A stretch of DNA of 64,000 nt from an uncultured Acidobacteriota bacterium (GCA_913043225.1 CAJWLU010000002.1:239690-303689); one strand, 5' to 3'; numbered from the stretch's first letter, positions 42,071 through 53,300 are shown. Notes: generated by a model from the sequence alone, not told the origin. Translations and numbers: made by a program.

Positions 42071-44174
42071 TGGGTTGCTCACGGCCCTTGAAGACTAGAT
42101 CGCAGGCGGCCTGGAATGCGATGCTGTCGTCGAAGTTGGGTGCCATCGGGCGGTAGAGCGGGTCGGGGGCGTTTTGCCCGTCCACGACCGCGGCCATCCG
42201 CTGCATTGTCTCTCGCACCTGGGCTTCGCTGCAGATGCCGTGATGCAGCCAGTTACATATGTGCTGGCTCGAGATGCGGAGGGTCGCCCGGTCTTCCATT
42301 AACCCGATGTTGTTGATGTCGGGTACCTTCGAGCAGCCCACGCCTTGGTCGACCCAACGGACCACATAACCGAGGATGCCCTGCGCGTTGTTGTCGAGCT
42401 CCTGCTGGATCTCCTCGGGCGACCAGTTCGGCTGCTCCTCGCGGGGAATGGTCAGGATGGCGTCGAGATCGGCAAGGTTGCGATTGCCGAGTTCGCCCTG
42501 CCGCGCGTTCACGTTCACCTGGTGGTAGTGGGTGGCGTGCAGGGTCGCGGCGGTCGGCGAGGGGACCCAGGCAGTGTTGGCGCCAGCCTCCGGATGGCCC
42601 ACCTTAGCCTCGAGCATCTTGGCCATCAGATCCGGCATGGCCCACATGCCTTTGCCGATCTGGGCGTGACCCGGTAGCCCGCACTGTAGGCCCACGTCCA
42701 CGTTCCAGTCTTCGTAGGTGGTCATCCAGGGCGCCGACTTCATCTCTGCCTTGCGGATCATCGGGCCAGACTCCATGGCCGTGTGCATTTCGTCGCCGGT
42801 GCGATCGAGGAATCCGGTGTTAATGAAGAACACCCGATCTTTGGCGGCCCGGATGCACTCCGTGAGGTTCACGGTAGTCCGGCGCTCTTCATCCATGATC
42901 CCGATCTTGATCGTGTGGCGCTTCAGGTTCAGGAGATCCTCCACCTGTCCGAGCGTCTGGTCCGTGAAGGCGACCTCCTCGGGACCGTGCATCTTTGGCT
43001 TGACGATGTAAACGGACCCGGCCCGGCTGTTCTTGCCCTGTTTCAGGTCGTGTATGGCGATCATCGACGAGATCATCGCGTCGAGGATTCCCTCCGGCGC
43101 CTCATTGCCGTCCTTGTCGAGTACGGCCGGGTTGGTCATGAGGTGTCCGACGTTGCGGATCAGCATCAGACTGCGTCCCTGCAGACTAATGGCTGACCCG
43201 TCAGGAGCCGTGTAGCTTCGGTCGGGGTTCAGCGCGCGGTTGACTGGCTTGCCGGCCTTTTCGAACTGATCGGTCAGGTCTCCCTTGATCAGCCCGAGCC
43301 AGTTCCGATAAGCGACCACCTTGTCCGCGGCGTCCACCGTCGACACCGAGTCCTCAAGGTCCATGATGGTGGTCATCGCGGCTTCGAGAACGATGTCCTT
43401 GACGCCGGCCGCGTCGTCGCACCCCACCGGATGATTCCGGTCGATTGCGATCTCGATGTGCAGACCGTTGTTGCGGAGCAAGATGGCCGAAGGTGAGGCC
43501 GCGTCGCCGCTGTAGCCAGCGAACTGCGCTGCGTTGGCAAGGCCGGTCGTCGACCCGTCTGCCAGCGAGACCACGAGTGCGCCGCCACTCACCGCATAGC
43601 CGGTGGCATCGACATGGCTTCCCTGCGTGAGCGGTGTCGTGTCGTTGAGGAACTTCCGGGCGAACGCGATGACCTTGGTGCCTCGCACCCGGTTGTAGTC
43701 GGTGCCGCGCTCCGCGCCGTCATCTTCCGGGATTACGTCGGTGCCATACAGGGCATCGTAGAAGCTGCCCCATCTGGCGTTGGCGGCGTTCAAGGCATAG
43801 CGGGCGTTGGTGACCGGCACCACGAGCTGTGGGCCGGCGACGGTTGAGATCTCATCGTCGACGTTCGCTGTGTCGACCGTGAAGTCGTCGCCTTCGGGGG
43901 CCAGGTAGCCGATTTCCTGGAGCATCGCCTTGTATTCCGGCAGGTCGATCGGCTGGTTCCTGTTCTCCTGGTACCAGGCATCGATCTGGACCTGCAGCTC
44001 GTCTCGGGCGGCCAGCAGCTCTTGGTTCCGTGGCCCCAGGCCATGCACCAGCGAGTCGAGGCCGCCCCAGAAGGCTTCCGGCGAGATGTCGGTGCCGGGC
44101 AGTGCCTCGTTGTTGATGAAGTCGTAGAGCTCCTGGTCGACCTGGAGCGATCCGGCCGTGATGCGGTCCGTCAT
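42006..44174 (-). CDS. glcB: Malate synthase G
   Basis: [75 protein letters not shown]. Confidence 0.97.
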   Translation of the reverse strand: MTDRITAGSLQVDQELYDFINNEALPGTDISPEAFWGGLDSLVHGLGPRNQELLAARDELQVQIDAWYQENRNQPIDLPEYKAMLQEIGYLAPEGDDFTVDTANVDDEISTVAGPQLVVPVTNARYALNAANARWGSFYDALYGTDVIPEDDGAERGTDYNRVRGTKVIAFARKFLNDTTPLTQGSHVDATGYAVSGGALVVSLADGSTTGLANAAQFAGYSGDAASPSAILLRNNGLHIEIAIDRNHPVGCDDAAGVKDIVLEAAMTTIMDLEDSVSTVDAADKVVAYRNWLGLIKGDLTDQFEKAGKPVNRALNPDRSYTAPDGSAISLQGRSLMLIRNVGHLMTNPAVLDKDGNEAPEGILDAMISSMIAIHDLKQGKNSRAGSVYIVKPKMHGPEEVAFTDQTLGQVEDLLNLKRHTIKIGIMDEERRTTVNLTECIRAAKDRVFFINTGFLDRTGDEMHTAMESGPMIRKAEMKSAPWMTTYEDWNVDVGLQCGLPGHAQIGKGMWAMPDLMAKMLEAKVGHPEAGANTAWVPSPTAATLHATHYHQVNVNARQGELGNRNLADLDAILTIPREEQPNWSPEEIQQELDNNAQGILGYVVRWVDQGVGCSKVPDINNIGLMEDRATLRISSQHICNWLHHGICSEAQVRETMQRMAAVVDGQNAPDPLYRPMAPNFDDSIAFQAACDLVFKGREQPNGYTEPILHARRREAKAKFGA

Positions 44175-44407
44175 CGGTGTCTTCCCCTGTGGACGATCAG
44201 CTTCGCCGATCGTGAAGGCGACCGGCGTGACCGGCCGCAACTGTGTCTTGTCAGCGGTGGATCATATCGCGCCTCGGACCTGACCGCCGACGTGACGGGT
44301 GAAGAGCGGAACATTGCGGTCCGGAACAGTCCGCCCCGATATGGAAGACGCGGGTTCGTAGTCGGGGGGGGGTGACGTTCGCTAGCGCGTCGGTCCAGGG
44401 GGGAGGC

Positions 44408-45775
44408 TTATCGGAAACAGCGAGCAGGGTAGTCCATCTGCAAATAGCCAGGGGCGCCTGCAGGGAAGGGAGAGGTGGCCCCGCGTTCGCGCAGGACTGG
44501 CGCGAGTTCCGGGTACTGCCGACCGAGGTTACCGTAGAAGATCCCCTGGGCGATGGTGAGCGGGGTCCAGCCGCACTCGTTGACGTGGTTGAGCTCGGCG
44601 CCCTCGTCCAGCAGAAACTCGGTGAGTTCCTTGGCGTCGCGGAGCACGGCTCCGTGAACGGCCGTGTCGCCATGCGCGTCGATGGTTGTCACGACGTCGC
44701 CGAGGTCCATCATCAGCTTGACCGCTTCGAGTGCTTCCTCCTTGCTGCCCGCGCTCTCGTTCGGCCACACCCCGACCCCGGCCGCGACCAGGAGCGCCGT
44801 CGTGCCGTCCTCGTTGGTCAGAAATGGGTCGGCGCCTAGCGCGAGCAACAGCCGCATCATCTCGAGGTCGACGACCTTGGCGGCGAGCAGGAAGGGCGTG
44901 GCGCCGATCCGATTCAGGTAGTTGCGGTATCCGTCGCGCGGCTCCTTCGTCTGCCGAGCGTTGACGTCAGCCCCGTGCTCGACCAGCGCCCGGACCAGTT
45001 CCAGATCGGTTACCCACCCGCTCTGTCTCGGCGACGGGTTGTGCTGGTTCTTGTTGGTGTTTGGTCGTTTGGTCCAGACCACCTGGTGCAGGGCTGTCCA
45101 GCCTTGTTCCGCGGCATTGGGATTTGCCCCACGGTCAAGGAGGTGTGTGGCCAGGTCGTAGTGGGCGTTGATGATGGCTACTACCAGGGCACCCGTTCCG
45201 TCCGGCAAGGTCTGGTGGATGTTGGCACCGGCATCGAGCAGTGCGTCGACGGTTTCGATGTGTCCCAGCCGGGTCGCGAACATCAGCGGGTTGAAGCCGG
45301 CGTCCGACCGCTCGTCCACGTCGGCACCCGCCGCCACCAGGGGCCCAACGACGTCAGCGTGGCGTTCGGCGGCCGCCCACATGAGTGCCGTCTGTCCCCG
45401 CAAGTCCTCCCGCGCGGCCGGGTCGGCGCCATGCGTCAGCAGCGACTCGACGCTGGCGACGACGCCAGTTCTGGCGGCAACCATCAAAGGCGTCTCGCCG
45501 GCCGGCGACGCCAGATTTGGGTTGGCGCCGGCATCGAGCAGCCGCGCCACGATCGCCGCATGTCCGCCGTGGATGGCCAGGGTCAGCGGCGTGACGCCCC
45601 GCGATGTGAGCAGGTTCGGGTCGGTGCCCTGGCCCAGGGCATGTTCGACCGCGGCGAGGTTTCCCTCGTGAGCCGCGTGGTGTAGGGCCGAGTCGCCGTC
45701 ACCGTCCGATTGCGCGTGCGCGAGCAGTGGAAGAGCCAGCAGGGACAGGATGGCAACGATGGCAGACCGTCCCAT
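44408..45775 (-). CDS. Secreted ankyrin repeat protein
   Basis: Signal peptide MGRSAIVAIL...AHA; about 10 G.TPL/TAL...GAD.N repeats. Confidence 0.92.
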   Translation of the reverse strand: MGRSAIVAILSLLALPLLAHAQSDGDGDSALHHAAHEGNLAAVEHALGQGTDPNLLTSRGVTPLTLAIHGGHAAIVARLLDAGANPNLASPAGETPLMVAARTGVVASVESLLTHGADPAAREDLRGQTALMWAAAERHADVVGPLVAAGADVDERSDAGFNPLMFATRLGHIETVDALLDAGANIHQTLPDGTGALVVAIINAHYDLATHLLDRGANPNAAEQGWTALHQVVWTKRPNTNKNQHNPSPRQSGWVTDLELVRALVEHGADVNARQTKEPRDGYRNYLNRIGATPFLLAAKVVDLEMMRLLLALGADPFLTNEDGTTALLVAAGVGVWPNESAGSKEEALEAVKLMMDLGDVVTTIDAHGDTAVHGAVLRDAKELTEFLLDEGAELNHVNECGWTPLTIAQGIFYGNLGRQYPELAPVLRERGATSPFPAGAPGYLQMDYPARCFR

Positions 45776-45868
45776 TTCGCTAACCCCCAAAGCGCCGGTC
45801 TCTTGACGGCAAGACCAGCGACCTGACAGGCCTCGTGCCCCGTGCTCCTCTGGCCACAATGCCTCGCA

Positions 45869-47221
45869 TTAGAGATCTGCCAGCGGTGTCAGTGCCTGGA
45901 GCCGCCCGGTGCTGTCTCCCAGCCCGCCGTCGATCCGGACCCCAGCCTTGTCGAGCTGGCTGACAAGCAGATTCGTCATCGGCGTGTCTCGTAGGTACTG
46001 TAGGTGTCGTCCGCCCTTGAGCTGGCCGGCCGAGCCTCCCGCCAGCAGTAGCGGCAGGTCGAAGTGCGAGTGCTTGTTGCTGTCGCTCAGCGACGCGCCG
46101 TACAGCAGCAACGAGTGGTCGAGCAGGGAGCCGTCCCCATCCGACGTGCTCGCTAGCTCGTCCAGGAAATTCGCGAACAGCGAAACGTGGAATGTGTTGA
46201 TCTTCGCCAGTTGGGCCAGTTTCAGCGGGTCGTCCCGATGGTGTGATAGCCCGTGGTGCGAGTCGGGAATGCCCAGTTCTGGATAGGCGCGTCCGTTGAG
46301 TTCACGCCCTAGCATGAAGGTGAACACGCGAGTCAAGTCCACCTGGTAGGCCAGCGACAGCATGTCGAACATCAGCTTGACATGTTCCTGGTATGACTCG
46401 GGGATGCCCACCGGTTTCTCGATGGTTGGGAGCTCCGTCTCGTTCTGCTCTGAGAGCTGGATCCGGCGTTCCACCGAGCGCACCGCATCGAGATACTGTG
46501 ACAGCCGCGCCTGATCCTGAGAGCCGACCTCGCGCTGAAGGCGGGCTAGGTCAGTTGAGATTGCGTCGAGGATGCTACGGTCCCTGCGCGACTCGGCGTG
46601 TCGATGGGCGGCGGAGCCACCCTCGCCGAATAAGCGCTCGAAGACGACTCGTGGATTGTTCTCCATCGGCAATGGCGTCGTCGGGTCCTGCCACGCAATG
46701 GTGTTCATGTAGATACAGCTGTAGCCGTTGTCACAGCTCCCGACCAGGAAGTCCTGTTCGATCGCGAGTTCCAGCGAGCGGAGGGGTGTCGTCTGACCGA
46801 GCTGGTCGGCGGCGAACTGGTCGGCCGTTTTCCCGGCCCGCACGTCAGCGCCCTCCGTTTCTTTCGGGTGCACGCCGTTAAGCCAGGTCGCCGTGGCCCG
46901 GGTGTGCTCGCCGTTGCCGTCCCCTAGGGCTTCAGCCTGTCCTTGGGCGAGTCCGCTGACGACCACCGTGCGGTCGCGGTGTGTGGCGAGCGGGTTCAAG
47001 ATTGACGACAGCTCGAGTGTGCCCGCGTGCTCCGGTGTCCAGGCGTGCATCGCCATGCCGTTCGGCGCATAAACCCACCCGAGCCGACGCACTGGCGCGG
47101 CCGCGCGGCCGGAGAGGCCGGACAGTGCCGGTACCATCGCGTCGAGCATCGGCAGGGCGAGGGTGGCGCCCACGCCGCGGAGCATAGTGCGGCGCGAGAG
47201 GGTTTTCTTCGAGACGATCAT
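45869..47221 (-). CDS. DUF1552 domain-containing protein (Tat signal)
   Basis: SRRTMLRG, LALPMLDAM, YAPNG, PRVVFERLFG, SILD, HHGLSHH, DGSLLDHS. Confidence 0.9.
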   Translation of the reverse strand: MIVSKKTLSRRTMLRGVGATLALPMLDAMVPALSGLSGRAAAPVRRLGWVYAPNGMAMHAWTPEHAGTLELSSILNPLATHRDRTVVVSGLAQGQAEALGDGNGEHTRATATWLNGVHPKETEGADVRAGKTADQFAADQLGQTTPLRSLELAIEQDFLVGSCDNGYSCIYMNTIAWQDPTTPLPMENNPRVVFERLFGEGGSAAHRHAESRRDRSILDAISTDLARLQREVGSQDQARLSQYLDAVRSVERRIQLSEQNETELPTIEKPVGIPESYQEHVKLMFDMLSLAYQVDLTRVFTFMLGRELNGRAYPELGIPDSHHGLSHHRDDPLKLAQLAKINTFHVSLFANFLDELASTSDGDGSLLDHSLLLYGASLSDSNKHSHFDLPLLLAGGSAGQLKGGRHLQYLRDTPMTNLLVSQLDKAGVRIDGGLGDSTGRLQALTPLADL

Positions 47222-49626
47222 GACGCCGTTCTCCTCATGTTGAACGGTGGACTCTTGACGATGCCCAGGACGATGTCCGTGAACCGATAGTTAGCGTCCG
47301 ACGCGTCCCGGACGATCCCGCGCACGGTCGGCGCGTCGTGGTACTCAAGACCGCGGCCTAGGGCGAAGATCATGAGCTTCTCCGTTAGGGTACTCACGAA
47401 ACGTTCAGGATTCGAGACCAACGCGTCTCGGAGGCCCTCGGCCCCCTCGAACTCGGTGCCGTCGGGCAGTGCTCCCGAGGCGTCGATCGGCGCGTTCGCC
47501 TCCGATCGGGCGCGAAAGCGGCCCACCGCGTCGAATTCTTCCAGCGCGAATCCGGGCGGGTCCATCATCCGGTGGCAGCTCGCGCAGACGGGGTTCGCCC
47601 GGTGCCGCTCCATCGCCTCACGCATCGAGAGGGCTGCGCCGCCCGCGGCCGCGCTCTCGAGATCCGGGACGTTCGGCGGCGGGGCCGCCGGGGGAGTGCC
47701 GAGCAGATTCTCGAGTACCCACTTCCCTCGTAGCACCGGTGACGTCCGGTTCGGATAGGAGGTGATCGCCAGCACGCTCGCGTGGCCCAGCAGCCCCCGC
47801 CGTGCTGGAGGTAGCTCTTCGAGCGACACGCGGCGGAAGTGACTGCCGTAAATGTGCGGGATGTCATAGTGGCGGGCCAGCCGCTCGTTGACGAACGTGT
47901 AGTCGGCGGTCAGCAACTCAAGCACACTCCGGTCCTCGCGGAAGACGCTGTCGAGGAACATCTCCGTTTCCCGTTGCATTGCCCGGCGGAGCGCTTCACC
48001 GACATCCGGAAAGAGATCTTCGTCGGGATAGACCGCCGGGACATTACGCAGGTAGAGCCATTGGCTCGAGAAGTTCGTCACTAGCGACCGGGCGCGCGGG
48101 TCGGCGAGCATACGGTGGGTCTGCCGCTCGAGCTCGTCCGGATCACTGAGGCGTCCCTGGGCGGCTACTTCGAGGAGTTCGTCGTCTGGCAGGCTCGACC
48201 ACAGGAAGAATGACAGGCGAGACGCTAGCTCCAGATCGCTGATCGTGTAGTTGGTCCCGGGCGGAAGGCCGTCCGGATCGCGCTCGGCCCTGAGCACAAA
48301 CTCCGGGCTGGCGAGCAGCCAGCGAAGCGCCAGCTCGATCCCGGCGTCGAATCCGTCCGCCGCCCGGCCCTCCTCGAAGAACCGGAGCAGCACCTCCTGG
48401 TCCGCCGCTGTCAGGGGGCGACGATACGCCCGCCGGGCCAGCGTCGACAGAATCTCTCGCGCACAGTCGGTTCGCCGCGCTGCCGTGGCGGACGGCGAGC
48501 AGACGAAGATCCGCTCCCGACTAGGGGTTTGCGTCGCCGGCGCTGCGTCCCCCGTCTCAAACGGGCCGGTGACGGTTAGTTGCCCCAGATAAGGCTGCTG
48601 CCGGGTATCGACCGCGGTGTAGGGACGGAGATACGGCTGCCGGACACCCTCCGGATATGCCCAGCTGTGCCGGGTGAAGGTCAGCCGGATCTCCCGCGGG
48701 CCGGCGTCCACTGGGAGCGCGAACTCCCAGTCGGCGTCGGCCGTCCGCTGGGTAGCCTGCCACGTACGATATGCGTCGCTGCCTCGCGGCGCGTCGGGCG
48801 GCGTTCCTCCGACCGTGTAGGTTTGGACGGTCTCTCCGTCGAGGCTGATGTCGAGGGTGTGCGGCAGGTCGAAGATCCTGAGTTGCCCGCCGGTACCGCG
48901 GGCCAGAGTGACGTCGAATACATACTCGCCGGCCTGCGGGAACTGGTGCTGGAAGGTGGCGCCGCCTCGGGTGCCGAAGGGCATGCCGTCGACCCAGTCA
49001 TCCTGCGACAGGTCGTTGGTGACCCTGAAGGTCTCGGTGGAGGCCGACGGTGCGGGTCGACCCACTGCCAGCCGGCTGATCTTCCTCGCCGCGCGAAGGT
49101 AGCCCTCGAGCAGCGTGGGCGAGACGCCGAGCACGCCGGCAATATTGTCGAACCCGTAGCTGGCGCCGTCGGCTGGCAGCAGCTCGGCTACGTCGACCTC
49201 CAGATCTAGAAGGTCGCGTACGGCGTTGTGATACTCGGTGCGGTTGAGCCGATGAAACGCTTCTGTCCGCCCCGGGTTGGGGCTGGCGACCGCGGCCTCG
49301 TCGAGCGCCGTTTCCAGCCCCTTCGTGAACGCCTCGTAGGTGGACTGGTCTGGTCGGGGCCGACCGATGGGCGGCATAGCGCCGGCGCGCAACTTCCTGA
49401 CCACTTTTTCCCACACGTTGGGCGCGACGGTGACGTCGTCCACATCAATGGTGTCCAGCGCCAGATCCGCAGTCAGCGTGCGCTGGTTATGGCACGTAAC
49501 GCAGTACTGATCCAGGAGCGTGCGCCGGGGCGACGCTGACTGGGCCTCGACAGTACGCGTGTGGAGGGCCAGAGCGCAGAGCATTCCGACGATCGTGACG
49601 AGCGGGCGGCCGTGTCGCCAGTTCAT
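47218..49626 (-). CDS. DUF1592/DUF1588/DUF1587/DUF1595/DUF1585 multidomain protein with cytochrome c motifs
   Basis: CVTCH and CASCH; RLNRTEYHN, GFDN, LARRAYRRP, LASRLSFFLWSSLPD, TSPVLRGKWV; ATGA overlap with the DUF1552 gene. Confidence 0.92.
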   Translation of the reverse strand: MNWRHGRPLVTIVGMLCALALHTRTVEAQSASPRRTLLDQYCVTCHNQRTLTADLALDTIDVDDVTVAPNVWEKVVRKLRAGAMPPIGRPRPDQSTYEAFTKGLETALDEAAVASPNPGRTEAFHRLNRTEYHNAVRDLLDLEVDVAELLPADGASYGFDNIAGVLGVSPTLLEGYLRAARKISRLAVGRPAPSASTETFRVTNDLSQDDWVDGMPFGTRGGATFQHQFPQAGEYVFDVTLARGTGGQLRIFDLPHTLDISLDGETVQTYTVGGTPPDAPRGSDAYRTWQATQRTADADWEFALPVDAGPREIRLTFTRHSWAYPEGVRQPYLRPYTAVDTRQQPYLGQLTVTGPFETGDAAPATQTPSRERIFVCSPSATAARRTDCAREILSTLARRAYRRPLTAADQEVLLRFFEEGRAADGFDAGIELALRWLLASPEFVLRAERDPDGLPPGTNYTISDLELASRLSFFLWSSLPDDELLEVAAQGRLSDPDELERQTHRMLADPRARSLVTNFSSQWLYLRNVPAVYPDEDLFPDVGEALRRAMQRETEMFLDSVFREDRSVLELLTADYTFVNERLARHYDIPHIYGSHFRRVSLEELPPARRGLLGHASVLAITSYPNRTSPVLRGKWVLENLLGTPPAAPPPNVPDLESAAAGGAALSMREAMERHRANPVCASCHRMMDPPGFALEEFDAVGRFRARSEANAPIDASGALPDGTEFEGAEGLRDALVSNPERFVSTLTEKLMIFALGRGLEYHDAPTVRGIVRDASDANYRFTDIVLGIVKSPPFNMRRTAS

Positions 49627-49757
49627 GAACGCCTTAATTCTATGTCTCAGGCCTACTCTACGGCGCCGTTCTCTTTGCCTGCCGGCGTCGTTGGGGGCTA
49701 TCGCGAGAGTGGTGCCCCTTTTTTTTTGGATTCCGGCAACCCCTATAATCCAAGACA

Positions 49758-50525
49758 GTGCGACGCATCGATCTGAACGCTGACGTCGGCGAGTCGTTCG
49801 GCGCCTATACGCTTGGCCACGACGACGCGGTCATGCGTCACATCACCTCCGCCAACGTGGCCTGCGGTTTCCACGCCGGTGACCCGTCGGTGATGCGCGA
49901 TACCGTCCGGCTGGCGGTAGCTGCCGGTGTTGGCATCGGCGCCCACCCGGGTTTCCCTGATCTCAACGGCTTTGGCCGGCGCAATATGGAGATGTCCGAG
50001 CGCCAGATTGAGAACCTGGTGGCCTATCAAATCAGCGCCCTGGCGGGGGTGGCCGCGGCCGAGGAAGCGCGGCTGCACCACGTCAAGCCACACGGGGCGC
50101 TCTACAACATGGCGGCGAAGGATCGGCGGCTGGCCGACGCGATCGCGCGCGCGGTGGTCGGTATCGACGCCACGCTGGTACTCTTCGGCATGGCCGGTTC
50201 GGCGTTGCTCGAGGCGGCGGAGTCGGTTGGCCTCCGGACCGCCTCGGAAGTGTTCGCCGACCGCGCCTACCAGGCCGATGGCGCGCTGGTGCCGCGGGGG
50301 CAGCCGGGCGCCGTCATCGACGACCCGAAGTTGATGGTGGAACAGGCGGTTCGTCTGGCCCAGGACGGCACAGTGATGGCGCAGACCGGCGAGATTCTTG
50401 AGTTGCGGAGCGACACGCTTTGTCTCCACGGTGACACGCCTGGCGCCGCCGAGCTGGCGGCGCGTCTCCGCAGCAGGCTGGAAGCGGCTGGTGTCGGGGT
50501 GCTGCGAGTCGGAATGGGAGCGTGA
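49758..50525 (+). CDS. pxpA: 5-oxoprolinase subunit A (LamB/YcsF family)
   Basis: IDLNADVGESFG, SANVACGFHAGD, GAHPG, HVKPHGALYN, FADRAY, CLHGD. Confidence 0.95.
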   Translation: MRRIDLNADVGESFGAYTLGHDDAVMRHITSANVACGFHAGDPSVMRDTVRLAVAAGVGIGAHPGFPDLNGFGRRNMEMSERQIENLVAYQISALAGVAAAEEARLHHVKPHGALYNMAAKDRRLADAIARAVVGIDATLVLFGMAGSALLEAAESVGLRTASEVFADRAYQADGALVPRGQPGAVIDDPKLMVEQAVRLAQDGTVMAQTGEILELRSDTLCLHGDTPGAAELAARLRSRLEAAGVGVLRVGMGA

Positions 50526-50542
50526 CGGTGGCTGTTGCGCGT

Positions 50543-50941
50543 TTAGTGCACCGTGTGTGGCTCGGTCAGGGCGAACTCGGCGATCGTGGCATCGAAATGG
50601 GTGCCGTCTTTCAGCACTATTTGATAGGTGCCGCGCATCGAGCCAAACGGCGTCGACAAGTGACTGCCTGAGGAGTACTCGAACGCCTGGCCCGGTTCCA
50701 GCGTTGGTTGGTGGCCCACCACACCCAGTCCCTTGACCTCTTCGATTTCGTTCGACTCGTTGGTGATGATCCAGTGGCGGCTCACCAGCTGGACCGTTTC
50801 CGAGCCTTCGTTCGCGATCCGAACGGTGTAGGTGAAGAACCAGCGAGGAGGTTCGGTTTGGGCATGGGAGAACCGAGAGGTCACGTTCACGCGCACGCCG
50901 TTGGTGCACGCTTCCGAGGTGTGGACGCCGCTCGCTCGCAT
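50543..50941 (-). CDS. apaG: ApaG domain protein
   Basis: FTYTVRIAN, QLVSRHWIIT, GLGVVGHQP, FEYSSG, GSMRGTY. Confidence 0.93.
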   Translation of the reverse strand: MRASGVHTSEACTNGVRVNVTSRFSHAQTEPPRWFFTYTVRIANEGSETVQLVSRHWIITNESNEIEEVKGLGVVGHQPTLEPGQAFEYSSGSHLSTPFGSMRGTYQIVLKDGTHFDATIAEFALTEPHTVH

Positions 50942-51075
50942 AGTGTGTCGCTGCTCCAGACAGACGGTTGTTTCGGTATGCCGGGAAGGCGTGCCTAACC
51001 GTTACACCTCTATATAGTAGCCAGGAACCGGATGTCGCGTCGGCGTCGTCCCGCCCGCGCACCTGACCTGTGGTG

Positions 51076-51693
51076 ATGATCCCGATCGACACGCTGCTCG
51101 GCGGCTACCGCACCGGTTATTTCCCGATGGCGGTGCATGGCGGTATCAAGTGGTTCTCGCCGGGCTTGCGCGGCGTGATTCCGCTGGACACGTTCCGCGT
51201 GTCGCGTCGTCTGGCCCGTCTCATTCGGCAGGGCCGGTTCGAGACCTCCGTGAACCGGTCGTTCCGGGAGGTGATCACCGCGTGCGCCACGCGTCCCGAT
51301 CCCAGCGGCAACTGGATCGATCAGGAGATCCTGGACAGCTACTGCGCCTTGCACGAGGCCGGACACGCCCACTCGGTCGAAGTCTGGGAGGAGGGTCGGC
51401 TTGCCGGCGGGCTGTATGGCGTGAGTCTGAGCGGTGCCTTCTTCGGTGAGTCGATGTTCCACGTCGTGCGGGATGCGTCGAAGGTGGCGCTTCACGTGCT
51501 GGTCGTGCGGTTGCGCGAGCGTGGCTACCAACTGCTGGATGTCCAGTGGGCCACCCCGCACCTGGAGCAGTTCGGCGCGGTGGAGATCGATCGCCTGGAG
51601 TATCTGGTCAAGCTCGGGGAGAGCATGCAGGTCCGCTGTACGTTCGCGGACCTGCCAGAATCGGTGGGCGCCGACCTTCAGGGCGCGACGTAG
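51076..51693 (+). CDS. aat: Leucyl/phenylalanyl-tRNA--protein transferase
   Basis: YRTGYFPM, WFSP..RGVI, AHSVEVW, GGLYGV, FFGESMF, DASKVAL, LLDVQ. Confidence 0.93.
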   Translation: MIPIDTLLGGYRTGYFPMAVHGGIKWFSPGLRGVIPLDTFRVSRRLARLIRQGRFETSVNRSFREVITACATRPDPSGNWIDQEILDSYCALHEAGHAHSVEVWEEGRLAGGLYGVSLSGAFFGESMFHVVRDASKVALHVLVVRLRERGYQLLDVQWATPHLEQFGAVEIDRLEYLVKLGESMQVRCTFADLPESVGADLQGAT

Positions 51694-53300
51694 GCAGGTC
51701 GGTTGCCGGCCTGCGCTAAGTCCCAGCTTAGCTGGTGCACGAAGCGCACGATCCGCGTCATTTTTTCGTAGTTTAGTGTGTCGGGACGGTCGCGGTCGGT
51801 GTGATAGTCGGGGTGCAGACCGGTGTGCACGAACAACGCCGGCACCCGCCGATACAGGAAGGGCCACTGGTCGCTGCGCTGTAGCAAGTTGGAGCGGTTG
51901 TTGTCGTAGCGGAACTTCAGGTCGAGGTCGATATCGCGATTCGCTCGTTCGCTTGCCGTCCTAAGGTCGGGCGACCGGCTATAGCCGAGAAGGTTCACCG
52001 CGTTGCGGTTCGAGTAGGCTGTCTGCTGCCGCAGGCCTGTGAAGCGGGGGCCTGCCTCCGGGGGCACTTCTTCATTGCGCCCGATCATGTCCATATTGAG
52101 TACCGCCACGGTTTGTCGTAGCGGGTGGAGCGGGTCTTCGGTGTAGGCCCAGGCGCCAAGCAGCCCCTGTTCTTCGGAGTTCCAGGCGGCGAACAGGATC
52201 GATCGGTCGGGTCTGGCGCCGGCCTGCGCGGCGAGCGCGTACGCCTCGGCGATCTCAATCAGCGCGGCCACGCCCGAGGCGTCGTCGTCGGCGCCGCGGA
52301 AGATCCGTCCGTTGACCTCACCTTCGTGATCGAGATGTGCGCTCAGAATGATCCACTCGCCGCGGAGCATCGGGTCGGCACCTTCGATGAGGCCGACTAC
52401 GCTGCGGTTCGGGATGCGGTTCCGGCTGACCGTGGTTGTGACCTCTATCTCGGGACCCGCGAGAGCGATCGGCATGACGCCGGCAGGGTGCTCGGCCGTC
52501 CGCGAGAGGTCCTCGAACGTTTCCCCGTCGGTCATCAAGGCCGCGGCGACCTCGGTCGAGATTTGCAGCACCGGGATCTCGATCTGGTCTAGCCAAATCG
52601 CGAGGGAATAGCGAGGGACCCGCGGGGGGAAGGTGGGCCACACTTGCGTCATGGACCGATTGAAGATCCGCTGGCCGGCGTGGTTGTGGACGTCTGGCGC
52701 TACCAGCACTGCCACTGCTCCGCGACGCTGGGCGGCCAGCACCTTCCGTACCACTCGCGTCTCTTCCGAACGGCGACGGCCTTCGAAGCGGCTCTCGGCG
52801 TCGAACTCCCCCGGCTCGTGGTCTAGGATGAGCGCCACCTTGCCGGCCAGGTCGGTCGACCTGTAGTCGTTGTGCCCGAGCTCGGGGGCTTCGATGCCGA
52901 ATCCCACGAAGACCACCGGGCCGCCAGCCGACGCGGTCCCGCTCGATGGGTCCGGGTAGAAGTCTCGGCCCAACCGATACTGATCTTCCCCGCCGATCAC
53001 CGTCAGCTGGTTATTCTCACCGAGCGCGGCGGTCATGAGGTCGAAGCGGTGAAAGTAGGTGCCGTCGGCGCCCGCCGGCAGCAGGCGCTGCCGCTGGAAC
53101 CTGGCCGCGATGAACTCGACCGCCCGGCGATTCCCGTCGGTGTCGGTGAGCCGCCCGGTTAACCGTTCGCTGGCGAGGAAACGCACGTCGCCTTCCAGAT
53201 CCTGTCGGCGGATCGAATCGCCGCCCGGTGCGGACGCGTCCTGGGCGTTGAGGACCGTCAGCGCCACTACCACGGTGAGAAGGCCTGCCCACAGGCGCAT
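51678..53300 (-). CDS. M28 family peptidase with PA domain, secreted
   Basis: Signal peptide; SAHLDH, GADDDASG, SEEQGLLG, NMDMIGR, RSDQ, DYH. Confidence 0.92.
   Translation of the reverse strand: MRLWAGLLTVVVALTVLNAQDASAPGGDSIRRQDLEGDVRFLASERLTGRLTDTDGNRRAVEFIAARFQRQRLLPAGADGTYFHRFDLMTAALGENNQLTVIGGEDQYRLGRDFYPDPSSGTASAGGPVVFVGFGIEAPELGHNDYRSTDLAGKVALILDHEPGEFDAESRFEGRRRSEETRVVRKVLAAQRRGAVAVLVAPDVHNHAGQRIFNRSMTQVWPTFPPRVPRYSLAIWLDQIEIPVLQISTEVAAALMTDGETFEDLSRTAEHPAGVMPIALAGPEIEVTTTVSRNRIPNRSVVGLIEGADPMLRGEWIILSAHLDHEGEVNGRIFRGADDDASGVAALIEIAEAYALAAQAGARPDRSILFAAWNSEEQGLLGAWAYTEDPLHPLRQTVAVLNMDMIGRNEEVPPEAGPRFTGLRQQTAYSNRNAVNLLGYSRSPDLRTASERANRDIDLDLKFRYDNNRSNLLQRSDQWPFLYRRVPALFVHTGLHPDYHTDRDRPDTLNYEKMTRIVRFVHQLSWDLAQAGNRPAYVAP

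Noticed and set aside
49719..49727. T9 tract upstream of pxpA (and G9 at 44364-44372) as phase-variation sites
   Set aside because: Short intergenic homopolymers; no evidence of length variation from a single sequence.
49743..51092. 449-aa minus-strand ORF
   Set aside because: Overlaps pxpA (antisense) and apaG (alternate frame); Arg/His-rich shadow ORF typical of GC-rich DNA.
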